64,000 bases of DNA from Patescibacteria group bacterium (lineage in GTDB: Bacteria; Patescibacteriota; Minisyncoccia; Phycocordibacterales; PALSA-1337). The notes under the pieces were generated by a model that ran no database searches, had not been told where the DNA came from, and saw only the letters and a list, made by a program, of their open reading frames with translations. The stretch lies in assembly GCA_038065415.1 (NCBI GenBank), contig JBBTRA010000005.1, forward strand, positions 8,079-72,078, read 5' to 3'. A program made the translations under genes and the position numbers. The first letter of the stretch is position 1. Each line of letters begins with the position of its first letter. Shown one piece after another: positions 19,448-28,391 of the stretch.

Positions 19448-19729
19448 TGATATACTTACCTTATAAATCCCTGAATGCGGAAAGTGTAAGGACTTTGAAA
19501 TACAGATAAATTTTCCTTACCAGTTTCCTTCTTTTTTGCGTTAAGGTTCTTACGTCGTCTAAGTCCTGCAGTAGTCATGGTCGGTGGTCATCAGACCACG
19601 ACACATCAAGTAAACAAAGGATATTTTGGAAGCGCTAAATTAGTGTCCTAGACGGGTCATTTCGCGTTCTATATTTTAGGCCACGAAATCGATTCGAATC
19701 TCAGAGGGTTTTTCGCTATACTTATACCT

Positions 19730-20101
19730 ATGAAGCCTCCAAGTGAAGCAACACTCAAGCGCGTATACGGGTACATCTTTGCCAAGGTATATCCGATGTA
19801 TATCGCTAAGGCAGAGAAGAAAGGTCGAACCAAAGAAGAAGTCGACGAGGTCATTCGCTGGCTCACGGGATACACTCAAAGCAAGCTGAATGCGCAGATC
19901 AAGGAAGAGGTGAACTTCGAGATGTTCTTCAATGAGGCGCCCAAGCTCAACCCTTCGCGCAAGCTCATTACCGGCATGATCTGTGGTGTTCGGGTGGAAG
20001 AGATTGAAGACAAAATCATGCGCGAGGTTCGGTATCTCGATAAGTTGGTTGACGAGCTCGCTAAGGGAAGACCGATGGAGAAAGTTCTGCGTAAGTCATA
20101 A
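19730..20101 (+). CDS. DUF2200-like conserved hypothetical protein
   Basis: '[30 protein letters not shown]' matches my memory of the DUF2200 family consensus. This was not verified by a search. Confidence 0.45.
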   Translation: MKPPSEATLKRVYGYIFAKVYPMYIAKAEKKGRTKEEVDEVIRWLTGYTQSKLNAQIKEEVNFEMFFNEAPKLNPSRKLITGMICGVRVEEIEDKIMREVRYLDKLVDELAKGRPMEKVLRKS

Positions 20102-20112
20102 TACCTACATAT

Positions 20113-20883
20113 ATGCACGAATTCCTCCTATTTGGTCTCAAGCAAGCCCGCGCGGCCATATTTGCCGGCTCTTTCTTTTTGCTACTTTTCCTTTCGAACT
20201 ACATCCCGCTCTTCGGTTTGGCTCGGTATGACTTCTTGTTCATTGCTGCGGTGTTGATCCAGGCAATTTTGTACTTCACGAAGCTGGAGACCAAAGATGA
20301 GGTGAAGGTTATTTTCTTATTCCATATCATCGGCCTTATCCTCGAATTGTACAAAACAAGTCCAGGTGTTGGTTCCTGGAGCTATCCCGAGGATGCGTTT
20401 TTCAAGATCATGACCGTGCCTCTCTACAGTGGTTTTATGTATGCGGCAGTCGGGAGTTACATCAGTCAGTCTTGGAAAATTTTGAAACAGTATGTTACCA
20501 ACTACAACCACTATGGATGGAGTGTCGTGCTCGCCGCACTCATCTACCTCAATTTTTTCACCAATCATTACATATATGACTTCAGGATATTCCTGATCAT
20601 TGCAGTCTTTGCGCTCTTTTGGAAGACAAGGATATATTTCACAGTCATGACCAAGGTTCGTTGGATGCACTTGAATACAGGATTCCTCCTAGTCGCTTTT
20701 TTCATCTGGATAGCGGAGAATATATCGACATATCTCGGTGCATGGCAGTATCCAGATCAGATTCATGTGTGGAGTGTTGTTTCTACGAGCAAGATAACTT
20801 CGTGGTTCCTGATGGTTATTATCAGCTTTATTTTGGTTGCATATCTGAAGCATTTTAAAAAAGATGTGTTGAAGAAGTCGTAG
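20113..20883 (+). CDS. Integral membrane protein (DUF817-like?)
   Basis: Seven or eight predicted TM helices. The family assignment is from memory only. Confidence 0.45.
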   Translation: MHEFLLFGLKQARAAIFAGSFFLLLFLSNYIPLFGLARYDFLFIAAVLIQAILYFTKLETKDEVKVIFLFHIIGLILELYKTSPGVGSWSYPEDAFFKIMTVPLYSGFMYAAVGSYISQSWKILKQYVTNYNHYGWSVVLAALIYLNFFTNHYIYDFRIFLIIAVFALFWKTRIYFTVMTKVRWMHLNTGFLLVAFFIWIAENISTYLGAWQYPDQIHVWSVVSTSKITSWFLMVIISFILVAYLKHFKKDVLKKS

Positions 20884-20981
20884 ATATATATGACTATTGA
20901 AGCTATACTTTATACACACGGGAACTTGACCAAAAACTCCGCTTTGTATATAGTGTAATTATCACACTAATTAAATATATT

Positions 20982-21680
20982 ATGGCGTATACCAAAGTGA
21001 AAAGACTATTAGGAACCAAGAAGGAACATATCGAACAATTAAAGGTGGGAGTGATTATGTTTGCAGCCACTACGGTATACGTCCTTCTGTCAAAATACTT
21101 CGTTCCCAATTATAGTTTGAATGTATTTGAGTTTATTGGGACCTGGGCGGGTCTTATATGCGTATGGCTTTCACGCACAAGGAACATTCTTTGCTGGCCA
21201 TGGGGAATAGTCAGTTCACTTGCGCTCGGAGTATTTTTTAGTCAGATTGGTTTACCTGGCCAACAGTGGCTCAATTGGGGCTATTTCGTAATAATCCAAT
21301 TATGGGCTTGGCCGCATTGGGCATTTGGTGGAAAAGAGGATACCGAACTTCCTGTCACCGTGTTATCGTGGAAAGGAAGAATCCTGACTTTGGTATTCAT
21401 GGTCTTGGGGACCGTACTAGCATATTCCCTTATTGATGTTTTCGTTCCAGGTTCTTTGTACCCGTGGCTAGATGCTTTGGTTGTAACTTCGAGCGTGATT
21501 GCCCAGTTTCTTCTAGGAAGAAAGAAAGTCGAAAGCTGGATACTTTGGCTTGGTCCGGTGAACTTGGTCTCGATCGCCCTATTCTTCTTAGCAGGTGCTT
21601 ATACGCTTACCGCCTTGTATGTCGCCTTCTTTATTCATGCCGCTTTTGCTCTTACTACGTGGACTAAAGTTAATAAATAA
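20982..21680 (+). CDS. pnuC: Nicotinamide riboside transporter PnuC
   Basis: 7-TM protein with the PnuC signature Trp-rich helices (…CWPWGIVSSL…, …WAWPHWAFGGK…). It is followed directly by nadR. Confidence 0.75.
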   Translation: MAYTKVKRLLGTKKEHIEQLKVGVIMFAATTVYVLLSKYFVPNYSLNVFEFIGTWAGLICVWLSRTRNILCWPWGIVSSLALGVFFSQIGLPGQQWLNWGYFVIIQLWAWPHWAFGGKEDTELPVTVLSWKGRILTLVFMVLGTVLAYSLIDVFVPGSLYPWLDALVVTSSVIAQFLLGRKKVESWILWLGPVNLVSIALFFLAGAYTLTALYVAFFIHAAFALTTWTKVNK

Positions 21681-21688
21681 GCAAGTAT

Positions 21689-22678
21689 ATGTTTCATCGA
21701 GGAATTGTTATTGGAAAATTCTACCCGCCTCATCGAGGCCATAAGTATTTAATTGATACGGCTCGCTCGCAGTGTGAACAGCTTACCGTAATTGTCTGTT
21801 GGAAAAAATCACAATTTATCTCTGGAGTAGAGCGGGCTCGTTGGATCCAAGAAATTCATCCTGACGTTCAGGTAAAACTTCTTGATGACGATCGTCTCGC
21901 AGATGATGACTCAGAAGGGTGGGCAAAAAACACGTTGGATGTGTTGGGATTTACGCCTGATGCTGTATTTACATCTGAATCATACGGCGATCCATATGCG
22001 TCTTTTATGGGATGTGTCCATGTGTTGGTTGATAAGGCGCGTACGTATATTCCTATCTCGGCAACAATAGTACGAAGCGATCCTACGAAATATGCACAAT
22101 TTCTCGAACCGTGTGTTCGAGCATCGTTTGCTCGACGTGTATGCATTCTGGGTGCAGAATCCACAGGTACTACGACCTTATCCAAGGATCTTGCAAAACA
22201 CTATAAGACAACATGGGTGCCTGAATATGGGCGTTTGTATTCAGAAGGAAAGATGTTTGGCGATGAAAATGCCGCATGGCGAACGGATGAATTCATCAAA
22301 ATAGCAAAAGCTCAAGGTATTCTTGAAGATGCCTTGGCAGAAGCATCAAATGGTTTGGTCATTTGTGATACGGATGCATTTGCCACCGGAGTTTGGCATG
22401 AAAGATATCTAGGTAAACGATCGGCTCAAGTTGAAGCCATTGCTGCCCGAAGAAAATATGACCTGTATATCTTAACGGGGGATGAAATTCCTTTTGAGCA
22501 AGACGGAACAAGGGATGGAGAACATATTCGTCATGATATGCAAAAACGATTTGTTGAACGTCTTACTGAAGATGCAAAGAATTATATTATCGTATCAGGA
22601 AACAGGGAGGAACGTTTGCAAAAGGCCATAGCGGCTATTGATGCTATACAGCCAATGGTCGTGGATAATGCCAAATAA
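21689..22678 (+). CDS. nadR: NadR-type bifunctional NMN adenylyltransferase / ribosylnicotinamide kinase (no HTH domain)
   Basis: N-terminal nucleotidyltransferase motif 'GKFYPPHRGHKYLI' (HxGH). C-terminal P-loop 'LGAESTGTTTLSKDLA' in the NRK position. The P-loop lysine is replaced by Thr. Confidence 0.75.
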   Translation: MFHRGIVIGKFYPPHRGHKYLIDTARSQCEQLTVIVCWKKSQFISGVERARWIQEIHPDVQVKLLDDDRLADDDSEGWAKNTLDVLGFTPDAVFTSESYGDPYASFMGCVHVLVDKARTYIPISATIVRSDPTKYAQFLEPCVRASFARRVCILGAESTGTTTLSKDLAKHYKTTWVPEYGRLYSEGKMFGDENAAWRTDEFIKIAKAQGILEDALAEASNGLVICDTDAFATGVWHERYLGKRSAQVEAIAARRKYDLYILTGDEIPFEQDGTRDGEHIRHDMQKRFVERLTEDAKNYIIVSGNREERLQKAIAAIDAIQPMVVDNAK

Positions 22679-22779
22679 TCAAAGAGAAACCTTCGCCTTG
22701 TACTCTTCCGAAATTGTTTTATACTGGATATATATGACGATCTTCCATTCAAAATATAAGCTCATACATCATACATACC

Positions 22780-23571
22780 ATGAATAAAATAATCCTTGTT
22801 ATAGCCATCCTCGCTCTCGTTGCTGGTGGCATATATTACACATCGGACCGTCCTGGCACCATGACCAACGTCGACATGCTCGACACGGGTGATAAGACCC
22901 CACTCATCGTGGAGACTGATGTTGCATACTTCCTAGGAGCAAAAGGATATTTTGTTCGCCCTGCAACAGAAGCCGTCTATCCGGGCGTGGTCATGATCCA
23001 TGAGAACCGTGGTCTCCGACCTGAGACGCGCGCTGCAGCTGATCAGCTCGCTCGCGAAGGGTACATGGTACTCGCCGTCGATCTCCTCGGGGGAATTGGT
23101 GAGACGCAGGAAGAAGCTCGTGCACTGACATCAAAATTCAAGCAGGCAACAGGTACCGCCAATATGCGTGCCGCCGCCGCGTATCTCAAATCCAAAGGTG
23201 CGCCGAAGATTGCTAGTCTCGGCTGGTGTTTTGGGGGCAGACAGTCTATAGAGCTCGCGATTTCCGGAGAGAAGCTCGATGCGACGATCGTCTATTATGG
23301 AGGTGGTATGGCGACGACCACAGAACGGCTCGCCCCGATCTCATGGCCAGTGCTCGGCATCTTCGGCGAGGCAGATCAGGCGATCAGTACGACCACGGTG
23401 CGTGTATTTGAGACATCGCTCAATACTCTTGGAGTCGAAAATCAGATCTACATATATCCAGGAGTCGGTCACGCCTTCGCCAATCCGTCAGGCATGAATT
23501 ATGCACCAGAGGAAACAAAGGATGCCTGGGCGAAGACGGTCGCATTCCTTGAGAGACATCTCAAACAGTAA
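22780..23571 (+). CDS. Dienelactone hydrolase family protein
   Basis: Nucleophile elbow 'GWCFGG' with Cys. C-terminal 'GVGHAF' with His. N-terminal membrane anchor. Typical size. Confidence 0.75.
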   Translation: MNKIILVIAILALVAGGIYYTSDRPGTMTNVDMLDTGDKTPLIVETDVAYFLGAKGYFVRPATEAVYPGVVMIHENRGLRPETRAAADQLAREGYMVLAVDLLGGIGETQEEARALTSKFKQATGTANMRAAAAYLKSKGAPKIASLGWCFGGRQSIELAISGEKLDATIVYYGGGMATTTERLAPISWPVLGIFGEADQAISTTTVRVFETSLNTLGVENQIYIYPGVGHAFANPSGMNYAPEETKDAWAKTVAFLERHLKQ

Positions 23572-23582
23572 CCCGGGATTTT

Positions 23583-24479
23583 TTGTTGCAATATGATATA
23601 GTAACGCATCATATGCAACCATCGGATTATATCGTCATATTGTTCTATAGCTTCCGGCAGATCGCAGATCCTCGTGCGGTCGCTGAGGCGCATCGGCAGA
23701 AATGTACGGAGCTCGGTCTGAGAGGGCGCATGATCGTGGCAGAAGAAGGCGTCAATGCAACCTTCGAGGGTACACGCGAAGCTATCGAAGCATACAAAGC
23801 ATTTGCTCTGGCTGATCCTGTGCTTACGGGTATTGCTATCAAGGAGAGCGCTGGTACAGGTTTTGCTTTTCCACGTCTCACAATCAAAGTGCGCGACGAG
23901 ATTGTGACTCTGGGGGCTGGCAGATTCGATGTGGCTCGGGAGACTGCAACTCAGTTGCCGGCGTCTGAATTGCAAAAATGGTATGAGAATGGAGAAGATT
24001 TCGTGGTGCTCGATCTGCGCAATAGCTATGAGATCGCCAGTGGGAAGTTCGATAAGACGGTTGATCCGGGACTCTCCAATTTTAGAGATCTACCTGCGAA
24101 GGTGAAAGAACTGTCTCAACTCAAAGACAAAAAAGTAGTGACGGTCTGCACGGGTGGTATTCGCTGTGAAAAAGCGACTTGTCTCCTCAAGAAAGAGGGA
24201 TTTTCTGATATCTATCAGCTCAAGGATGGTATTCATACCTATATGCAGGAATATCCCGGAGCGCATTTCAAGGGAACGCTCTTCGTTTTTGATAACCGCA
24301 TGACAACAGACGTGGTTCCGGTGCACGGCAAAGAAATCATTGGTTCGTGCTCATTCTGTGGAACAGCTACGGAGAACTATTGTGCCGATGACAGTGTCCG
24401 TCCGTCACGCAAAGTTCTGTGCTGTGCATCTTGTGAAGTTGTTCAAGGTGCTACTCTTCGCGGCATGGCTCAGCGTTGA
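23583..24479 (+). CDS. Rhodanese-domain protein of the UPF0176 / TrhO (YceA) tRNA U34 hydroxylase family
   Basis: N-terminal UPF0176 region 'ILFYSFRQIADPRAVAEAHRQ…RGRMIVAEEGVNATFEG'. Rhodanese active-site loop 'CTGGIRCEK'. C-terminal Cys cluster 'CSFCG…CC'. The likely start is ATG 23613. Confidence 0.7.
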   Translation: MLQYDIVTHHMQPSDYIVILFYSFRQIADPRAVAEAHRQKCTELGLRGRMIVAEEGVNATFEGTREAIEAYKAFALADPVLTGIAIKESAGTGFAFPRLTIKVRDEIVTLGAGRFDVARETATQLPASELQKWYENGEDFVVLDLRNSYEIASGKFDKTVDPGLSNFRDLPAKVKELSQLKDKKVVTVCTGGIRCEKATCLLKKEGFSDIYQLKDGIHTYMQEYPGAHFKGTLFVFDNRMTTDVVPVHGKEIIGSCSFCGTATENYCADDSVRPSRKVLCCASCEVVQGATLRGMAQR

Positions 24480-25117
24480 TCGAGCATCTCTTTCAGTACA
24501 GGTTCAATTTTGTCGGCTATGAGGGCGTAGCCGGCGCTATTCGGATGAATCGCATCTGACATGTAACGACTGTCACCAATCAGTCCATCGAGGACATTTG
24601 GCACAAAGCCGACTCGATGTTCTTCCGCGAATTCCTCGAAACGTTCATTGTATGTATCCCTGAGGAGGCCGCCGCGGACGCCCAGAAGGAGCACAGCTGC
24701 ACCACTTTCGTGGATTCGCTGTATGATCGTGCCGAGATTTTCGAAGGTCGTATCTATGGGGACGCGTTTGAGATAATCATTGCCACCGAGCAGGATGATG
24801 ACAAGGCGGGGGTCTTCGTCGAGCACGCTCTGTAGGCGAGAGAGCGCGGCTTCTGTCGTGTCTCCGCTGACTCCGAGGTTCACTATGGGTTGGCCGATGC
24901 GATCGGAGAGTAGGGAAAAGATGTCACGCCCTGCGGTCGATCCGACTCCTTGGACGAGACTATCGCCGAAGGCAACGATGGTTGTTCCGGAGGAATCAAG
25001 ATTGCGAATGTCTGGTCCTGAAAGCCATGACCAAGAAAGATATCCAGCCACGCCGATCAGGATGATTCCGAGAAGTAGTGTGCGGTTATTTTTGTTCATC
25101 GTCTTCGAGTTTCTCAA
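24470..25117 (-). CDS. SGNH/GDSL hydrolase (arylesterase/lipase-like), secreted or membrane-anchored
   Basis: Block I 'IVAFGDSLVQG', block III 'LLGGNDYL' and block V 'DAIHPNSAG'. N-terminal hydrophobic helix. Confidence 0.7.
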   Translation of the reverse strand: MRNSKTMNKNNRTLLLGIILIGVAGYLSWSWLSGPDIRNLDSSGTTIVAFGDSLVQGVGSTAGRDIFSLLSDRIGQPIVNLGVSGDTTEAALSRLQSVLDEDPRLVIILLGGNDYLKRVPIDTTFENLGTIIQRIHESGAAVLLLGVRGGLLRDTYNERFEEFAEEHRVGFVPNVLDGLIGDSRYMSDAIHPNSAGYALIADKIEPVLKEMLDQR

Positions 25118-26393
25118 GCCTCTTGCGATCAGTGATGAGTCGCCAGATAGCGCTCACGTGCCGCGCGATATGGTGGCCGAAGAAATAATGTAGTACGAAT
25201 CCTGCCATCATAAGGATAAGCAGGGTCAGCAGGAGTGCGACTGCGTGGTCGCGGATGAACTTGGTAGGAAGAAAGGGAAGACTCACGTCGATAGAGGCGT
25301 CACGCACGTTACCGGCCTTGTCAAAAGCACGGACGATGAGTCGGGAATGGTCGATGGATTCGAAGGGAACCTGATATGGACTCTCGCTTCTCACGAAAAC
25401 GGGTGACTCGGTGGCGGGTTTGGATTTGTCGATGAGACCTACCTCATAGCGATCGAGTCCGGAGAGGGCATCGGTTGTGAAGAAGGAGATCAGGGCTCGA
25501 CTGATGACGGCTGCAGTGATGTAGTTGATGCGTGGTTCAAAATCTGCCGGAGGTGCAGTGTCGATCTTGAGGGCGAAGTCCGTGGATGCACCCCATACGC
25601 CGTTTTTCAAAGCCTTGATATGGAAATACCACGCACCGTCAGGTTGTTCTTGATATGAGCGTGCAGTGCTCTCGGTGTCGACCGTATTGTCTGGTATTGT
25701 GTTGGGCTTGTCATCGAGGATCATGCTGTATCCGCTCACACCGGGTTCAGGGGTCCATGCGAGCGAGATTGTCGGGTTGTTGTACCAGTGGTCACGAAGG
25801 GGATGAGTTTCGGAGAAGACGACTACTCCTCCAGGAGGTCGGGATACAATAGTATAGACAGCACGGTTGGCGGTGTGATTTGCAGGGGATCCGACACCAT
25901 CATTGAGGAGTATGCGCGTGTCGTCCTGTATTCTGACAGAAGCTGGGCCGGCACTCTTTGCTTGGAACGTGATGTTGGCGAGTAATCCTGATTCCGTGGT
26001 GATGCCGTTGGGAATGCCTCCAACGAGGGTGATGGTGCCGCGTGCATTGTCATAGCTAGGTGCTTCGATCCATAGACCGATCACCGATGAGCCCCCTGAG
26101 GGTTTGACTACAGAAAGTGTTTCCGCATCGAATCGTATGCGGAGTTCTATCGCGCCAATGCTGCTACCTTTTGTGTTGATGTATATCGGAACCTCAAAAG
26201 TTGATCCTTGTGTGAATGTTCCCGACGGTGGGCTGATCAGTATCTCAGTTTTTGGTATGAGATCGGGTCCGCTCAAGTTCACGGTCGATTGGGCATGAAC
26301 TTGAATTCTGCTACTAGCTATGATGGCGAGCGCGATGAGAATACAGGAGAAGGTGGCGCGGAGAGCCTTCGTTGGGACGTGATGGGTATGCAT
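25086..26393 (-). CDS. Cohesin-domain protein, C-terminally membrane-anchored (third paralog)
   Basis: Signal peptide. 'ILISPPSGTFTQGSTFEVPIYINTKGSSIGAIELRIRFDAETLSVVKPSGGSSVIGLWIEAPSYDNARGTITLVGGIPNG…ANITFQAKSAGPASV' parallels the 9616 and 10496 proteins. C-terminal TM 'ALLLTLLILMMAGFVLHYFF'. Confidence 0.55.
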   Translation of the reverse strand: MHTHHVPTKALRATFSCILIALAIIASSRIQVHAQSTVNLSGPDLIPKTEILISPPSGTFTQGSTFEVPIYINTKGSSIGAIELRIRFDAETLSVVKPSGGSSVIGLWIEAPSYDNARGTITLVGGIPNGITTESGLLANITFQAKSAGPASVRIQDDTRILLNDGVGSPANHTANRAVYTIVSRPPGGVVVFSETHPLRDHWYNNPTISLAWTPEPGVSGYSMILDDKPNTIPDNTVDTESTARSYQEQPDGAWYFHIKALKNGVWGASTDFALKIDTAPPADFEPRINYITAAVISRALISFFTTDALSGLDRYEVGLIDKSKPATESPVFVRSESPYQVPFESIDHSRLIVRAFDKAGNVRDASIDVSLPFLPTKFIRDHAVALLLTLLILMMAGFVLHYFFGHHIARHVSAIWRLITDRKRLEKLEDDEQK

Positions 26394-26401
26394 GGGTATG
26401 G

Positions 26402-26842
26402 TTAGCGCTTCATCGGATGCATGTGTGCGGCGATACCGATGGCTGCGGCGATGATGAGGATATTCTTGATGATGTACTGACCCTCAAGTGTTGGGATGAG
26501 GAATCCTGACCAGGTTGCGGCTGGAATGACGAAAAGTGGCATGATGGTCGTGATCATGTGCAAGAAGAGGAGAGGGATGACGACACGCTCGGTTCCACGA
26601 ATCAAGAAAAGGATGCCGATTACGCATTCGAAGAGGCCGAAAAGCACGATGAATGTGCTGAACGGCATGAATGATATTGTATGACTGAAAAGCTCTTCGA
26701 CCAGTGGGCTGGCCGGCGACATGCCGATGACTTTGAGGATGCCAAACCAGAAAAAGACAGTGAAGAGGCCGATACGAGCGATGGGAACGCTCAGTTTCCT
26801 GAATACGTGAATGAGCTCGAGGTCAATGGTGCGGAGAGACAT
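26402..26842 (-). CDS. DoxX-family membrane protein
   Basis: Four TM helices. Size and hydropathy pattern typical of DoxX/DUF417. Confidence 0.5.
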   Translation of the reverse strand: MSLRTIDLELIHVFRKLSVPIARIGLFTVFFWFGILKVIGMSPASPLVEELFSHTISFMPFSTFIVLFGLFECVIGILFLIRGTERVVIPLLFLHMITTIMPLFVIPAATWSGFLIPTLEGQYIIKNILIIAAAIGIAAHMHPMKR

Positions 26843-27130
26843 GGATGAATTATATCATGTTTCTTTTGTGTGGTGCTGTGAGTGTGGGCTGGGCTGACTG
26901 AAGAGAAATAAGGGCGAAACAAAGAAATGGTAAATGGGGAGAGGTGCTGAAAACCTCAGGTACAGCAAACGCGAAAGATTTGCATTTGGAACTTAGAAAA
27001 GATAGGATGATCGATAGGTAAACGCGAAAGATTATCGTTTTAGGTACCCTCTGAAAAGGACATACTGCTTCCCCTTAGGTTGTCGCGCTTTATGCACTCG
27101 TGATTAGAAACAAACATTATCTACAAAACC

Positions 27131-27589
27131 ATGAATAGAAAAAAGATAGAAGAACCCGAGATATATGGAACGGAAGCCCAGCACCTTCTTTGGTCTGTAC
27201 ACCTCAAGGCCACGCCCGGAAGAGTTGCGCTTCTCGATCTCTTGAATGAGGAGAAACACCCTGTCTCCATCGCTCACCTAGAGAGTCGGCTCAGAAAAAT
27301 CTCTGCGGGTCTTGCCGCTGCGAGCATATATCGAGCCCTCGATTCTCTTGTGTCGGTTGGCTTGGTCAATCGCATAGATACGGGTACGATTCATGCCACC
27401 TATGAGATCAGGGTTGGTCGTCGCCATCATCATCACTTGATCTGCATGGGTTGTGGAGATATAGAAGATTCTGAAAAGTGTCTTCCGAAAGGGATCGAAC
27501 ACACTGTTCTGGCTGATTCGAAAAAGTTCGCGTCACTTTCACGCCATTCCCTGGAGTTCTTCGGTACTTGTATCAAATGCGCTAAATAA
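27131..27589 (+). CDS. Fur-family metalloregulator, probably Zur
   Basis: Winged-HTH N-terminus. Metal-site motifs 'HHHHLICMGCG' and 'CIKC'. Immediately upstream of a ZIP transporter gene. Confidence 0.75.
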   Translation: MNRKKIEEPEIYGTEAQHLLWSVHLKATPGRVALLDLLNEEKHPVSIAHLESRLRKISAGLAAASIYRALDSLVSVGLVNRIDTGTIHATYEIRVGRRHHHHLICMGCGDIEDSEKCLPKGIEHTVLADSKKFASLSRHSLEFFGTCIKCAK

Positions 27590-27624
27590 AACAGACAGTA
27601 ATCTATTATAGTAAGTACATCATT

Positions 27625-28353
27625 ATGACCATATTTATTTCCATCCTCGCTTCGCTCGCAGCTTTCGCTGGTGGCCTCATAGCACTCCGTTTTAGAGACA
27701 AATTGCATATTATCCTAGGCCTCTCTGCCGGAGCAGTGATCGGCGCAGCTCTCTTCGATCTCATTCCCGAGGCAATAGAGCTCGGATCAGCAGTTTTCCA
27801 TCCCGAAGAATTGACAGCGTTCACGGCAGTTGGATTCTTGACCTACTTGATCCTCGATAGAGTTTTTTCATTCCATGCGCACGGCCACAGTGATGAACAA
27901 GATACTGATCATACCCCTGTGCGCGGCTCGCTCGGTGCTGCTAGCTTCTGTTTGCACAGTTTGATCGACGGTATCGCGATCGGTCTAGCTTTTCAGGCGT
28001 CTGCAGCAGTAGGACTTATCGTCGGTATCGCTGTGCTTGCTCACCGTTTCTCTGACGGGATCAATACTGTCGGTGTCATACTTAAGCATCGTGGTAATGA
28101 TCGTCGAGCATGGGCATGGCTTACTGCTGTAGCAGCAGCACCTATTGTGGGCACCGTATCGACATTCGCGTTTTCTGTGGCAGACCATACACTGGCCGTC
28201 ATCCTCGCCGTGTTCGCTGGATTTTTCCTCTATATCGGAGCCAGCGATCTCATTCCTGAGGGTCACCACAGTCATTCCAAAGCCCTGACGACGGTCATGA
28301 CCATACTCGGCGCGGTTCTGCTCTATCTCATCGTGCATCTTGCGCACGCCTGA
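27625..28353 (+). CDS. ZIP-family zinc transporter (ZupT-like)
   Basis: Eight TM helices. Metal-binding motifs 'HSLIDGIAIGLAF' and 'HRFSDGINTV'. His-rich loop 'HAHGHSDEQDTDH'. Confidence 0.75.
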   Translation: MTIFISILASLAAFAGGLIALRFRDKLHIILGLSAGAVIGAALFDLIPEAIELGSAVFHPEELTAFTAVGFLTYLILDRVFSFHAHGHSDEQDTDHTPVRGSLGAASFCLHSLIDGIAIGLAFQASAAVGLIVGIAVLAHRFSDGINTVGVILKHRGNDRRAWAWLTAVAAAPIVGTVSTFAFSVADHTLAVILAVFAGFFLYIGASDLIPEGHHSHSKALTTVMTILGAVLLYLIVHLAHA

Positions 28354-28391
28354 TAGGGGACATCGCTTTCGAGTCGTGTTAAAATAAACCC

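Noticed and set aside
19600-19690. tRNA-like 3' fragment / possible island attR ('CGATTCGAATCTCAGAGGG')
   Set aside because: GATTCGAATC is only a 10-bp palindrome. No acceptor stem or cloverleaf can be built, and it is not a direct repeat of the tRNA-Gln 3' end.
20884-20981. Possible NAD+/pnuC-motif riboswitch upstream of pnuC
   Set aside because: The leader is only about 100 nt and AT-rich. I could not recognise the nadA or pnuC motif consensus by eye. It would need cmsearch.
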